In this document: in pieces, positions 1 to 14,410 of the stretch
Numbering within the stretch: position 1 is the stretch's first letter
Layout: every line of letters begins with the position of its first letter
Source: Eledone cirrhosa
Taxonomy: Eukaryota
NCBI GenBank assembly: GCA_964016885.1
Contig: OZ024740.1
Span: 100,254,001 to 100,318,000 of the forward strand
Direction of reading: 5' to 3'
DNA length: 64,000 nucleotides
Program-made: the position numbers and the translations under genes
The notes under the pieces: generated by a model
What the model was told of the DNA's origin: nothing
The model's input: only the letters and a program-made list of their open reading frames with translations
Database searches by the model: none

Positions 1-994
1 GCCAGAAATCGAAAATCCATAAACACGTTAAGGCTCCGGTCGGTATTTTCTGTACACCGGACGCCCGTTTCCGGCACATTCATGTGGACATCGGGGACCT
101 TGCCCAGTCAGTGGTGGTCATACTTATCTATTGACTGTTATTGATCGTTTTTCGCGATGGCCTGAAGCCATCCCCTTAAAAGACATCACTGCTGAAACGA
201 CAACGCGTGCCCTAGTCGCAGGATGGATTTCCCGCTTTGGAGTGCCAACCATGATTACAACGGACCGTGGAAGACAATTCGAATCGAATCTCTTCTCTGA
301 ATTGACGAAGATCATTGGCGCTAAACGCATCCGAACAACTTCATATCATCCTGCATCTAATGGAATGGTGGAGCGCTTCCACCGACAACTAAAAGCCGCT
401 CTACGGACTTCTGACTCTACGCGTTGGAACGAGTACCTCCCTATTGTGTTGTTGGGGATTCGGTCATCAATAAAGGAGGATCTTGGGTTCTCCCCGGCCG
501 AATTATTGTATGGTGCTCCCCTAGCGTTACCTGGACAAATGCTTGCCTCTGTCTATCTTGCTGCACAAGATCCGCTTTCCTACGTATCTCGTCTGCGTTC
601 TTATTTTCAGGACCTGACGCCGATGGATACGAGGAAACAAACTGTAAAGTCTGCAGTCCCGAGGGATATTGCCTCGTGGACCCATGTGTTCGTAAGAAAC
701 GATGTTGTGAGACCATCTCTCACACAACCGTATTCTGGACCCTACCGTGTGTTAGCTCATTCTGATAAACATTTCACAGTAGACATTAAGGAATCCAGAG
801 AGACCATTGTGGTTGATAGACTTAAACGGGCCCACACAGATGCTCACACACCTGAGCCACATACACCCCCAATTTTCTCTTTTGCACACACACCTGTTTC
901 TTTGGCCCCCCGATCACCAAGATACAAGACCACGACCCGTTTCGGTCGAAGAGTCCACTGGCCCGAAGAACTCTTCCAAACTTTTATTATATGA
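1..994 (+). CDS. Ty3/Gypsy pol C-terminus (integrase core + GPY/F domain), cut by window start, probably frameshifted near nt 95-130
   Basis: ORF 131-994: [46 protein letters not shown] (DDE integrase), YSGPYRV; upstream RFRHIHVDI is in another frame. Confidence 0.92.
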
Positions 995-1261
995 ACTGGC
1001 CACTGGAGCCTTTTTGGAAACAAACTGTGTTAAACTGTGTACATTTAAGCTGCCCTTGTTGCAGCCCTTTGCTTTTGTCTTTCTTACGAGTTGTTGCATT
1101 TGATTGATTGTTTTGCATGTTTCTGTTGTTACATTTTTGCGTGCCTTGCCTTTTGTTTGCTGCTTGTGCAAACATTTCTTTTCTTTATTACCTATCTTTG
1201 CCTTGCTTCTCACTACATATGTTTACTTCTTCATCGATTGGTCAACTGTAGGAGGGCTATA

Positions 1262-1673
1262 TGTAGCGAAGCGACACCTGTGGTGTGATAGCTCTGACGT
1301 CACAAACGGACGTCATAAAAATAACACAGACACTCCGGCAAAAAAAAAAATGCAGAGCGACTACACGCATTTTTCTTGGAGCTGGTTGTACAAACACGCA
1401 CCAGCCATTCGTATTCTTCTGAATATGTTTGCAAGTCATAAATACACAAATACACGTCGTCTAAATAGTTTTATACTTGTATCGACCATTCAGTCTGGCA
1501 CTGCTTTGACTGATACACTCCCTTCCCTGTATATATCACATGCATGTTTGTGGTTGCGCGTGTGTGTGTGTTTATACGCGTGCTTTCATACGTGTATGTG
1601 TATATATTTCAACCATTAGTCCCTGAGTCTGTATGTACGCTAACTCCATTATCTTACAAATCCTTTTTCAACA
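1262..1673 (+). mobile_element. 3' LTR of the Gypsy element
   Basis: Purine tract AGGAGGG at about 1250-1256, then TGTAGCG...TTCAACA (TG...CA) ending against (TA)n; 5' LTR is outside the window. Confidence 0.6.
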
Positions 1674-1868
1674 TATATATATACGTATTTGTGGTCACAC
1701 ATACACTAATATGTTTGCCCTCATGTATGTACTTACGCACACATTCTTTCACTATACACATGAATTTATACACATGTATATATACACATTTATATTTGTA
1801 AGTGCATATACACACATTTATACACATCCCCTTACTATATTTCTTTATTTTTATTTTTTATACATCTC

Positions 1869-2050
1869 TTGGCAGTATCGGTAGAGGGTCGGACGCCATG
1901 CTTTCCAGCATAGTTACGTCCCTTTACGATCTGAGTTCAAATCCCACCGAGGTTGACTTTGCCTTTCATCCTTACGGGGTCGATAAAATAAAGTACCAGT
2001 AATGCAATGGGTAATTTCTGGCCTTGTGCCTAAAGTAGAAACAATTATTA
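1869..2050 (+). mobile_element. tRNA-derived Meta-type SINE
   Basis: A box TGGCAGTATCGG, B box GAGTTCAAATCC, central GCCTTTCATCCTTACGGGGTCGATAAAATAAAGTACC, ATT tail; near-identical copies elsewhere in window. Confidence 0.85.
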
Positions 2051-2125
2051 CTTTTATTTATTTTTTTTGCTCGTTAAACTTTTGCCTTTCTTGAGGAGAT
2101 TTTTCAAATATTTCACTATGTTTTA

Positions 2126-2203
2126 AATTGTCTTTTCTGATGAACGAATGCGGACGTATCTTGTATTTGTCTTATTTGGGAAACCTCTGGTAATGAGGTA
2201 ATT
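2126..2203 (+). ncRNA. Type I hammerhead ribozyme motif (family F)
   Basis: AATTGTCTTTT-CTGATGA-A-stem II-G-GAAAC-CTCTG-GTA-ATGAGGTAATT; followed by a short tail and (TA)n. Confidence 0.65.
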
Positions 2204-2329
2204 ATACAGTATTGTTTATTATACATTAAATATATATATATATATATACATACACACACACACACACATATATATATATTCCATTGTATCTCTTGAATCT
2301 TTGATGTGTTTTTACAGAGAAACTGTAGC

Positions 2330-2800
2330 ATAATATTTAATCAATAGGTCATACTGCCTGCACAGATTCTCTTAATTCTCTGGTACCATCCAATTCTATT
2401 GTTCATCATATTTGGCAAGTCAGAGGGATTGCAGTTTATGTCATCACTAATCTGCTTGATATACAGCTTGTCTTGTCATTCTCTGCTAGCTCCACCTCAG
2501 TAAGGCCTCGGGTGCCATCAACATCTTATCTCTCGTATAAAAATATAGATTTCTAGACAACATGAAAAGGAACCTCTTTCAAGCAACTGTTACTTCTGTT
2601 CTATTGTATGACTGCTTGGCATGGGCCCTTACCTCAAAACTCAAAAGGAGATTAGATGCAACCTACAGTTACATGCTAAGAGTAGCTTTGAATGTCACTT
2701 GAAGAGATCATCTGACCAATGAGTGACTGTATGTGAACTTTTGACCTGTATCAGACATCATCAAAGTGTATAGAATCATATTTGTAGTGTTTTGCTGAGA
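2330..2800. pseudogene. Decayed RTE/RTEX LINE fragment with inversion
   Basis: Plus frame about 2545-2730 reads MKRNLFQATVTSVLLYDCLAWALTSKLKRRLDATYSYMLRVALN; left part reads as a minus-strand C-terminus. Confidence 0.6.
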
Positions 2801-5800
2801 GCTAAAGTCAAAATTGTATTGCATTCCAAAATGTTAATTCGGGTTTTGATTACAAATTTAGGTTGGCAGTGGCGTTATTTTTCGTCTGAATTCTTTTAAT
2901 TAATAATTTTCATATGAATAAAATAGTTGGTTCTTAACATGCTACACAATATTAGTGTATGATTCACCTTTCTAACCCCTCTTAATAATATTATGTGGCT
3001 GTCTAGTTCCAGGTTTACCTTGAGTAAACAGAGCTATGATAAAAAAACTTAGCTGTGGTCATTTTATCTTTTTAGAAATTAGTGTCTCTTGTTTATATAA
3101 AGTGATAGGTCGTTATTTGAAGTTTAGTCCTTATCTCTGGAAGGCTAAGTGATTATACAGAAACTTTAATTGTCATATGTGTTTTAGCTGTTCCTCCCCT
3201 GCAATCGATATAGGGCTGCTAATTTTGATGTTTTGTTGTAATCAGCCCTGATTGGGCAGATCTAAGATCAAAGGTGTTCCATCTATGATGATTCCATCTT
3301 CTTGTGTATCTTAGGTAATGACCAAAATAATATCATAAAAAGTACAAGTCGCATAAATGGGGTTCCTCTGAAGAGTATTTGGAGTAATGCTGCTCAAGAG
3401 GGTGTATAGCTTGGTTATCTGGTGGTCAAGGAAACACTATAAGTAGAACAGCTACTTCTCCAAATCAAGAGATCATAATTCTGATACTAGAGACATGTTA
3501 GAATGTTTAAGGAAAGAATCACTGAGCAGATTTTACAATAAAGACAGATAGACAAACACAGAGAGAGAGATAGAGGCAAACTGTCAAACCAACATAGGGA
3601 GAGGGAGAGAAAGGACTGAACCAAACTGAGGGAGATAGCACAAGAGACAAACAGCCAAGATAAAAGTAAGAAAATCGAACCATTACTGACACTTTATTTA
3701 TTGACTCCTGGAGAAAGAAATTAGCTGTTTCTTGGCAGGATTTGAACACAGATCAAAGACAGTTAGAATGAATACTGCAAGGTATTCTATCGAAACTCTA
3801 ATGAGAGTTGCCAATTTGATATTACTTGTAAAATTCATAAGGTATTCAATAGCTGTCAGCAAGTGTTCAGTTTAATGTTGATTTAGCAGAATAATTAGAG
3901 CATTAGACATTTATTCCAGTTCTCTGTTCTCTGAGTTGAAATCTTGTCATGGTCTATTTCATCTTTCATCCTCCTTTTGGGGTCAATAAGAAAATACCAG
4001 TCTAGTGCTTTTGCAGCCCTCTCTTCTTCCAGCTGTCACATCCTACATGCTCTACTAGATGAAGTTAGAGAGGGTTAAGAGGGAATATATGTCTGCTTTG
4101 TCATCTAAAATGCTTAGCCAAAGCTTGGCATCAACTGCCAAGTCGTATGGAACTACATATGATAGATATAGTTAGATTAGTATAACTAAGAAACAACGAT
4201 ATCCATTAAGTTTATTTCAACATAATTTACTAGCTGAAGAGGAGTTTTCACTGGTAATCTCATGACACATTTAGTTAACCATTTGTTATTCACCCACCTG
4301 TGACCATTTATAGTTCTGGCATACAAAAACTCTCCTTTCTAATGTAAATTAAAACTTCATCATAATTCTATATAATTTGATTCAAACACTAACGCTTTTT
4401 TTATATAAAAATATTGATTTGCCTTCATCCTTCTTGGATCAAGAACCTGGGTTGATATAATCGGCTTTCCCCCACACCAAAAATTGCTGGCCTTGAGCCT
4501 AAATTAGAAAACATTGTTATTATTGTTGATGTTGTTGTTGTTATTATGATGTTGATGATGATGATGATAATTATTATTAATTACTTTTGCTTCCTTTATA
4601 TAATTGACTTAGGTTGGTTTACATACATTTGCAAACGAATGCAAATGGCAGAACCAATAATTGATGTCACATTCGATTGTTGTAATTTCTGAAAACCAGT
4701 CGCATAGTTGCATTAAAAGATAAAGAGGTGTTAATATATGCATAAAAGAAATTTTAAAACTGGCTTATATTAGATGCTTTTATAGCAAAGGAAATTTTAG
4801 TTTGCTATAGCCAGCTTCAGTCAGGAAAACTAAGAGAACATGTAGAAATTCATAATCCTCATTAGCTGCACTAATACACTGCCATGGTTTCAATTTTACA
4901 ATATATTTATAGCTGTGCAATCATAATTTAATATTGAGCGATCACATGTGTCATAAATGAGTGTAACAGGGATATAGATATAATTAGATCAGTCGTTAAT
5001 GATATTTCTGTAATCCATTCTGCATTTTTCTTGAAACTTTTAGAAATCATTTCCTTCTGTCAATTAATGCCAAATATAAATATAGTTAGAATAAAAATCA
5101 AACTTTCCAGTTGTTATCTTCCTCTTTCTTCTACAACAACTACAATGGTTTGCGATGGGGCCCACCCACAGCCCTGGCGAACAGAATGGAGAAGGCGATA
5201 GCCAATGAAGGAGTTTCTGTAGAGATGATAGGTCTGCTTGAAATAAAAGCTAAATCTTCCTTAAATGGCATCGCTCACAAACTCTCAAACACAAACATTG
5301 GTACACATGCACACACGCCTACATACAAGCATTTTAAAAAGACAATCCTTCAGGTAAAGCAGGGTTTTCTTTGAGGGTTCAATTACAGGTTTCATACTCA
5401 TCATGGGATCCTTTTTAAGACCAGATGCCCTTGCTGGTGTCAACCCTTTCAGTTACCTCATCTGGATACACAGAAATGTTCCCTCGTATCTAAACAGTAG
5501 AAAGATCTCATTAAATAATGTATTCCTAGATACATTATTTCTAAAACTAAAAGGTGAAGAAGACCACAGCTGGAACACTCATCGCAATGTAGTATAGATG
5601 TGAGGTTCTACCGCATTAATTTAAATGATTTTACAATTTGACTTTGTACTGGATTATCCAGTATCACTATGACTAGCCTGAGCTCAAGTTCAAATGAAGT
5701 GTAAACCTTTTGCATGGGGATTTCTTTTGCGTCCCTTTAACTTTCGCTCTTTTTGATTATTCTTTTACTTTCATGGATCTAGTCCCCTTTTTGGGGGCTC

Positions 5801-6279
5801 TGCATTTGGGTTCTTGTTCAGTAACAGAGTTTCTTTTTCAACACAGAACTCAGCAAAAGTGTCATATCTCGTAACCACCATGTTGTTTGCTCACTGGTCG
5901 GGCTTAGTAAATTAACATAGTAAATTTTCAGCATGGTTATCTCAATTATTCAAGGAATGTGACCAAAACACTTTTAACAGTAGAGTATTCAATTCCACCT
6001 GTATCTATATATACATTCTTGCACATAAAGCAAACTACATAGATGACTTAAAAGTAAAATATGCATTTGAAATTAAATCTACTTTAATTCTTAAATCATC
6101 AGTTATGCTAATTATCTGATAAAGAAAACATTTCCAATTATCAAGTTTGCTTTGTTATAACTAAGTACCATGAGTTGATGCAGGGTACAGTTATAAGCAG
6201 CATGTGCAGTACACTTACCTCCCTTCTTCTGATTACTGAATGCTGAAGCTGGTTCATTACTGCACCAACTTTTGCAATT

Positions 6280-6720
6280 CTTGCCTTTAATTTAGCCTCC
6301 ATCACTCATGAACATGGCCCCAAAACACTTGAACTTCTCTACCTGCTTCTGTGGGATTCCATTCACATGTAGAGTGCATTGCATGGGTTTTCTTGAGAGC
6401 ATAAGTGTATCAGCACTAATTTTTATTTCAACCATGCAGCATACGGCAATAAACCTATCAAGTGCAAGTCAAAGATCATCTTCTGTTGAGTAAAGTAACA
6501 CCATATTGACTGCAAATTCCAGCAGACTTATTTTACACCCAGCAGTTATGATACCACTTCCAAGCTGGCTGCACATGTCCATCCTGTTCATGTAAATAAT
6601 GAACAGGGGGAGATGACAGTATGCACCCTTGGCAGAGTCAACACCCACATTGAATGGTTTCAATGTAGCACCATTTATCCGAACACAAATACTCAGGTCT
6701 CAGGTGGCAGATAATTATAC
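6280..6720 (-). pseudogene. Decayed RTE LINE reverse transcriptase fragment
   Basis: PLFIIYMNRMD...KISLLEFA...MLSRKPMQCTLHVNGIPQKQVEKFK; related to 34030-34750. Confidence 0.65.
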
Positions 6721-8938
6721 AGCCACCAGATATGATGGTTAGACATATGAGATGAATATAATATTTATTTTAAAGAAGATTTATTTTGTTTTTATCACTT
6801 AGTTGGAAGAAGATGAGTGCTCCTCATCTTTTTCATGGCCTCTAAAATGTAAAGGATGAAGTCTTCTTCAGAACAAGGACCTCACCTAAATACTTCCAGC
6901 AGAGTGTACTCTGATAAAGGCAGCCAAGGACCATGTATTTAATTGAGTGATGAATTAAGTCTATCACACAAAACCTAGAGCAATTCATTCAACAAGCACC
7001 CATACAGTTTCAATATACCAAATTTCACTCAAAAAGCTTTGGTAGGTCCAAAAATATAGTAGAAGACACTTGTCCAACATGCCACTTGGGCCCTACGCAA
7101 AACTACAAAGTTGAGAAGCAAACTTCTTAACTATATTTACCTCAACAAATATCAGAAAGACCATTATACAAAATACAAAAATACATTCTTATTGATTAAA
7201 TGTCTAAATACCAGAGATGAATTATTGTTAATAAGATTTTGCAGACAGGCTATTAACCTCATCTTTAGAGATGAAATATTTTTTAAGTTTTTACATCTAC
7301 TTAATTAGGTTGATCTTTGCTCATCATTAAGTATTTCACTCTTAAATTTGTTTGTGATACTTTATTGAAGTGGACTCGAACTAAGAGCGTTTATTTGTAA
7401 ATTAAGGGTAGTAACCCTTAATACTTCTAATGAAATAAAGATGAAGCTAACCTTATGATATAATACGTGAAGGAAAAAGCGGGGTCTGAAGAAATTGATG
7501 ATTGCCTGAGTTGACAAAAGTTATGTAATGAAGTACATAAGTTTGGATAATGTTATCTATCATGGGTAGAAGAATAATCTGTTGGTTTCAAGGTTGTATT
7601 TTCCAGTTATTCAATCAATAGAACAACCATCCCTTGAAATTAGCATACAAGTAGCTGAGCATTTCAAATATATCTTAAGGTATTTCTAAGGTATATTTAG
7701 TGTGAGGTAGTTTATTACAATAATAGGTACAGTCCATCTGAGTGGCTTCTAAACAGTTTCCATTTACCCAATTTCTCTGACAAGCTTTAGTTGAGCCAAA
7801 GCTATATGATAAATGACACTTGCCCAAAATGGCATGTTATGAGACAAAATCTAGAACCTTATGATTCTAAAGCAAATTTCTTAATCATTTGGTCATGTTG
7901 TATCTACAGAAAACAAATATATTCAAAGGAATCTCGTGTTTCAGGTGTGAACTTACAGCTGGAGGAAATGAAATTTTCAGTTGAAAAATTCCATCCTTTT
8001 ATAAGATGGGTCAGTCCCAAAATAATTATCTTACCGGATTTCATCAACTTAACATTAAGAGAGTTTGAAAATAAAGTATGAAACCATAAACCAGGTGTTT
8101 TGCTCCTCAGTTAATACTGTAGTTATGACTGAACTAAGATAATAAATATTCCTAGTCAATATGTATGTATGCAATATGAAAATTCCCTCTGAATTAGTTA
8201 ATCACCATTCATAAGAAACTGTGTTTCACTTGAGGCAAAGAAGTGAAAGAAAGGAGAAAGAGAGAGTAAGAAAAAAGGAAAAGATTTGAATTATTTGTAG
8301 AATTTAAGTATAGCAGCATATTTTCCATTAATTCTCTATACATTGCCTCAATACAACATGATGGATGCCAGTTCCAAGTGAAGAATTCACTAATCCAGTC
8401 CATCACATTAAATAATGCCTTTGAAATGTTCAATCAACTGTGTGTTGTTCCATAACAGAATCTATGTTGTAAAAGGTGACACTTGAAGGGAATAGTTGGC
8501 AATGCATACATACATAGGTAGACATATCTAGGTAAGCATATGACTTGAACTGACTAGTTATTTCAACTCATTTTGGCTTGTGTAGCACTTAATCTGTTCA
8601 CTCTAACAGGCACTAAACTAAAATGATAAATGTAAATATACATTGTAATAAAACAATGTACATATGAATAGAGAGTGTGGTTAAGAAGATTGATTCATGA
8701 CTACGTGTTTTGGGATTCACTGGTACATTGGGAAAATATCTTCTTATATAGCCTCAGTTTGATGAAATGTGGATGATAGAAACTCAGCAGAAGCTTCTGT
8801 GTGTACATGTGTGTGTGTGTGAGTATGTATGTATGTGTGTAAGTATGTATCTGTGTATGTATGTATGTGTGTATGTTTATGTGTATGTATGTGTGTATGT
8901 ATGTATCTGAATGTAAGTATGTGTGTGTATGTATGTGT

Positions 8939-11601
8939 CATCATCATCATCGTTTAACATCTATATTCCATGCTAACATGGGTTTAGACGGGAATTGTCC
9001 CACGTGAGGCAAGATTGGTTGTCTTTCTCGTATAGGGCTATCTGGCAGGTTTTCTATGGCTGGATGCCCTTCCTAACACCAACCACATTTACAGTGTGGG
9101 GCTGGGAGGTTTTTACCGTGTTGCCTACACGGCCACATTGCAGCGTGGACTGTGTGTTTTTTTGTTGTGACACCTACACAACCTAATTTATTTAGAACTG
9201 GATGTACCAACATAACTTTACAGAGAAAGGGGTGGGGTAGATGGGTGGGGTAGGGCTAGTGGAATGGGGTGTATTTTTGGTTAAGAGGTGCCTACTGACT
9301 CTAGGTTTTGCTTTGTACTTAGGCAAGGCGGGTATTCTGTATTACTGCATAGCGCCAAAGATCTCGGTCCAGTGACATTGTCTTGGAGAGGTGTAAGTGT
9401 GTAAGGTCGGAATTTATCAAATCGTCCCAGGTTTTTCTGGGTCTGCCTACTCCGTAGCTTCCATCTATTATGATCACCCTGCACTTTTTTATACAGCTGT
9501 CATCTTTCATGCCCATCACGTGACCATACCAACGCAGTATTCCTCTTATTCCTAATATCTCACTTAGTTCATTTATGCTTTGCTGTTCATGTATATTACT
9601 ATTACACATCCAACGGAGCATGCAAGCTTCACTCATTTCCAGTCTGCACAGATCCTCAGCACACAATGCTCATGTCTCACTGCCATATAACATTCGTATG
9701 CAGGCATCATACAGTCTGCCTTTCATTTTTAGACAGAAACCTTTAGCGGCCAATAGTGGTATAAGCTCTCTGAACTTTTTCCATCCCATTCTAACTGTAG
9801 CTACTGTACTTTCAGAGCACCCTCCCCCACTCCTGATTTTGTCACCCAGTTAACGGAAGGTGTCCGCTATTTCTATAGAACTATCTGGGCAATGGAGGGA
9901 GCTAGTATCTTGTGGGCACTTGCTACTACTTATTGCACCTGAGCACCGGCCACATATAAAATCTATTTTCTTAGTTAGCTTACCTATGATCCCACTACAT
10001 CTTTTATGCACCCATACTTTGCATTTGGGACATAAAATGGAGTTTCTGCCTACTCCTTTCCTACACACTGAGCATGGCCATTTCCCAGAGGAGACCAGTG
10101 CCCTATTTTCCTTCCTACATACTAGAACTTTAGTCTTAGACAAGTTAATTTTAAGGCCTTTTGATTCTAGGCCATGCTTCCATGTTTGGAATTTCTTCTC
10201 TAGTCCAGTCATTGATTCAGTTATGAGCGTCAGATCATCTGCGTATAGAAGTTCCCATGGGCAGCCAATCTTGAACTCCTCTGTTATAGCCTGAAGGGCA
10301 ATAATAAATAGGAGGGGGCTAAGTACAGAGCCCTGATGAACACCAACTTTTACACTAAATTCTTCACTATATTCGTTGTTAATTCTAACCTTGCTGACTG
10401 TTTCTTTATACATGGCTTGTATAGCTCTCACAAGACATTCATCAACACCTAGTTTTCTAAGAGCCAACCAGATAATTGAGCGGAGGACTCTGTCAAAGGC
10501 TTTCTCAAAGTCAATAAAAGCTAAGTATAGGGGTTTACTTTTAGCTAGGTACTTCTCCTGTAGTTGTTGTACAAGGAAAAGAGCATCTGTGGTACTATTA
10601 CCTGACACAAACTCAAACTGAATTTCATCTAGATCAATTTGCTATCTGATTAGTTGTGCTATAACTTCTTCTGTGACCTTCATGACCTGGTCAATTAAAT
10701 TAATGCCTCTATAGTTTCCCCTATCTAGAGCATCTCCTTTACCCTTGTAGCAGTTAATGATGATGCTGCTATGCCAGTCATTTGGTATGACCCCATTCTG
10801 TATGACTTGGTTTACTATCCGGGTGACAATAGTGTGTCCCACCAATCCAGATGCTTTCAGCATTTCAGCAACTATCTCCGAAGGCCCAGCTGCTTTGCCT
10901 GTCTTCATATCTTTGATTGCTTTACGTATTATACTACCTTCAACTTGCACTACTGGTCCCTCTATTGAATTTCATTTGGGGCAGACTATCTTTTTCCCAC
11001 TTATTCTCCTCATTTAATAGTCTCTTGTAGTGACACTTCCAGGCTATCTTCTTATCAGTATCAGTGATGGCAAGTACACCATCATCATTAGGGACAAACT
11101 TCTTCCCAACAATATCACGGTTCTCCTTGACACATTGCCTAGCAATCCTGAACACCTCACGTTTTTGGTCCTCGCGTTGTAGAACATGCTTGAACTTTCT
11201 TTCTTCTGCTTCCCTTCTTGCGAAGTAGACTTGTCTCCTAGCTTCCCTCCTGGCCACTTGATAGTGTTCTTTACTTCCCCCATCCCGCCATACTTTCCAA
11301 GACTGCTTTTTGGCCTTGATTGACTCCTCAACCTTACTGTTCCACCACCAAGTTACTCTCCTCCTGCCTATAGGTCTGCTCCAGCCACAGATTTCATCTG
11401 TCACCTTCAGCAGGTTAAATTTCAGGAATTCCCACTGTTCTTCTATACTGTACGTCTCTAATTGCTCTTCCTTACTGTCAAAAGCATCAAGTAATATGCT
11501 TCAAATTTGTTACTGGTTGTAGGGTCCTTTAACTTCCATATTCTTCTTTTCAGGGTAGTCCTCCTCTGTTGTCGAGTATGTCTCATCCTGACTATGAGGT
11601 C
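8939..11601 (-). mobile_element. 5'-truncated, disrupted RTE LINE
   Basis: ORF pieces 10940-11404, 10642-10950, 9850-10608 (LYADD, PHD) and 9319-9666; (GAT)n tail at 8939-8951. Confidence 0.92.
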
Positions 11602-12436
11602 GTGTGTATGAGTATATGTATGTGTGTATGAGTACATGTTTGTTTTTGTCCATGTCTTATGTTTAAGCCTACCAATGTTTTTGTTTATGTCTTGTAACAT
11701 TGTAGTTTACTAATTAGATATTAACAAAATAAATGCCGGACTTAAAATGTACTAGGTTCAATATGATAAACTAAAGCTTGTTTGGTTACAATCCCAGCAT
11801 GGCCACAGTAAGAGACAAATGTTTAAAAATATTGTGATATGTGTATCATAAGTATCTGGGCTACTGAGATAATGATCAGAGGTTTATTCTTTAGCAGGGA
11901 AAATTATGGCCCTGTTTATAAGTCACTTGTGCTTCTAAAAGTATCACACTAATTCCCTGAAATCACATACTGCCAGCTTAACCTTTTAGCATTTAAACCA
12001 GCTGTATCCAGCCAGAATTCTCTCACCTCTTTATTTTTAACCTGGCCATAACTGACCAATCATTCTGATGTTAAGGTAATTTTCTCAAAATAAATAATAT
12101 CAATATCACATAGATTCAATATTATGTGAGATAATTATGTGAGGTAAAGCTTTTACCATGAAAATACAATAGTATATATAGAATAGTGTATATTCTAAAG
12201 GGTTAAAGCAAAGACATATTGAACAATGTAGTTATAGATATACAAAAAGACTTGATGGACAAACTGGAATGCATTCCATCATAGGCTTAATCAATCAGGG
12301 CTGTCTTAGACCTAAGCAACAATAATAATAACAATAGCAACAGCAAAAGCAACAACAGTAGCATCAACATCAGTCCTAACTTAACCTCTTTGTTACCATA
12401 TTTCTAATGAGATTTACTGCTTATGATTTACAAATA

Positions 12437-13378
12437 ATCATCATCATCATTGTTTAACGTCTATCTTCCATGCAAGCATGGGTTAGATAGGAATTGTCCC
12501 ATTTGAGGCAAGATTGATTGGGCGACCATGTCTCGCTCGCATAGGATTGTATCTGGCAGGTTTTCTATGACTGGATGCCCTTCCTAACACAAACCACATT
12601 TTTACAGTGTAGACTGGGAGCCTTTTTACCATGTCTCCTACACAACGATTTTACAGTGTAGACTGGGTGCTTTTTTGTCATGACACCTACGCAACCTCTT
12701 TAGTTTGGACTGGATGTTGTGGTACCAACATAAATATACAGAAAGAGGGTGGTGTTGATGGGAGTGGGAGGTTAGAGTAGGAGTAGTGGGTTGGGGTGTA
12801 TATTTGGTTAAGAGGTGCCTACTGACTGTAGACTAACTTTATACCTAGGGAAGGCAGGTCTTCTGTATTACTGTGTGGCACCAAAGATCACAATCCAATG
12901 ACATAGTCTTAGAGAGATGTAAGTATGTAAGGTCAGATTTTATCATGTGTCCCAGGCTTTTCTTGGTCTGCCTACTCCTTAACTTCCATCTATTTTGATT
13001 GCTCTGCGCATTTTTATACAGCTGTCATCTTTCATGCATATCACATGACCATACCAATCTAATCTTCTCTCAACTAAACAGTATCTGATCCCTCTTATTC
13101 TTAATTTCTCACTTAGTTCGTTTATGTTTTGCCATTCGTGTATATTACCATTACACATCCAATGGAGCGTGTATGCTTCATTCCTTTCCAATCTGCGCAG
13201 GTCCTCTGCATACATGTCTCACTGCCATGTGCCATGTAACATTGCTGTTCGTATACAAGCATCATACAATCTGCCTTTCATTTTTAGAGAGAAACCTTTT
13301 GTGGCCAACAGCAGTATTAGCTCTCTGAACTTTTTCCATCCTGTTCTAACTATGGCTACTGTACTTTCAGAGCAGCCT
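12437..13378 (-). mobile_element. RTE LINE 3' fragment
   Basis: ORF 12979-13215 (RT C-terminus), 3' UTR and (GAT)n tail. Confidence 0.88.
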
Positions 13379-14247
13379 CAAAATAATCACTAATTGGAAG
13401 GTATATTGTAATAAAACTCTCTTATTATTACGCTGGTGTTTGGGACATGATTCAACAACTGTTAATACATAAAATTATGATAAAAAGTTTTCAAATAAAT
13501 ATAAATATCTTAAAACACAGTGCTGAAGTGTGTATAGGGAAATTTAGGCTGCTTTGGTATGAAAAGGGTAATTCATTAAATTGTGTAGTGTATGCTGCAA
13601 TTTTCTTTTTTTGAAAACAAATATCCTATGCCCTAGCTTTCTCTCGCCCACCCCCACTCTTTCTTGCTTTTTCTTCCACCTCTTCCTAATCTCTCTCATT
13701 CTCCTTCATTCCCAATCTCTTTCTTACCCTCTATGAGTAAATCCTTATCATTAGAAATAGAAAGCACTACCACTTCAATTTCTCTTTCTAGCACTAAGCA
13801 CCCATGTACATATGTGGATTAAATGCTATTAAAAGTCAGATTAAATGCTTTACATCTGCGTTCAAAATCATCAAAGGGATGTGACAATAAGCACACATAA
13901 TGGGACATACACAAAATTAGTTCATACACAAAAGGAAGTACTTGTAAGAATGAGATGATTCTTACAAAGAAAAACTGTATTAAAATAGGCTGTTCATCCT
14001 CATCATCACCACCACCATCACCACCATCATTACCACATCACAATCATCATCATCATCATTGTGGTTGTACAATGCACTAGAAATGGCAGGAGTATTTCCT
14101 TATCTGAGTAACAACGAACACATTAGATGAATTAATTCTAAAAAGATGTGATTTGTCATAAATGGTATACCTTTCATCCTAAGTCCATATGATGATGGTT
14201 GATCTAGAGTTACATTACTAGTCAACACTATTATCATCACCCTCATC

Positions 14248-14410
14248 AAGGGCGGTGGATTGGCAGTATCGGTAGAGGGTCAGACGCCATGCTTTCCAGC
14301 ATAGTTACGTCCCTTTACGATCTGAGTTCAAATCCCGCCGATAAAATGAAGTATCAGTAATGCACTGGGTAATTGCTGGCCTTGTGCCTAAAGTAGAAAC
14401 AATTATTATC
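14248..14410 (+). mobile_element. Meta-type SINE with internal deletion
   Basis: Same head and tail as 1869; central GAGG...GGGGTC missing; TSD ATTATCATCACCCTCRTCA. Confidence 0.85.

Noticed and set aside
1869-1950. tRNA gene
   Set aside because: A and B boxes belong to a SINE head; no cloverleaf
4228-4280. CTGAAGA...GACAC (also a minus-strand CTGATGA at about 6100)
   Set aside because: No GAAA box and no credible stem I
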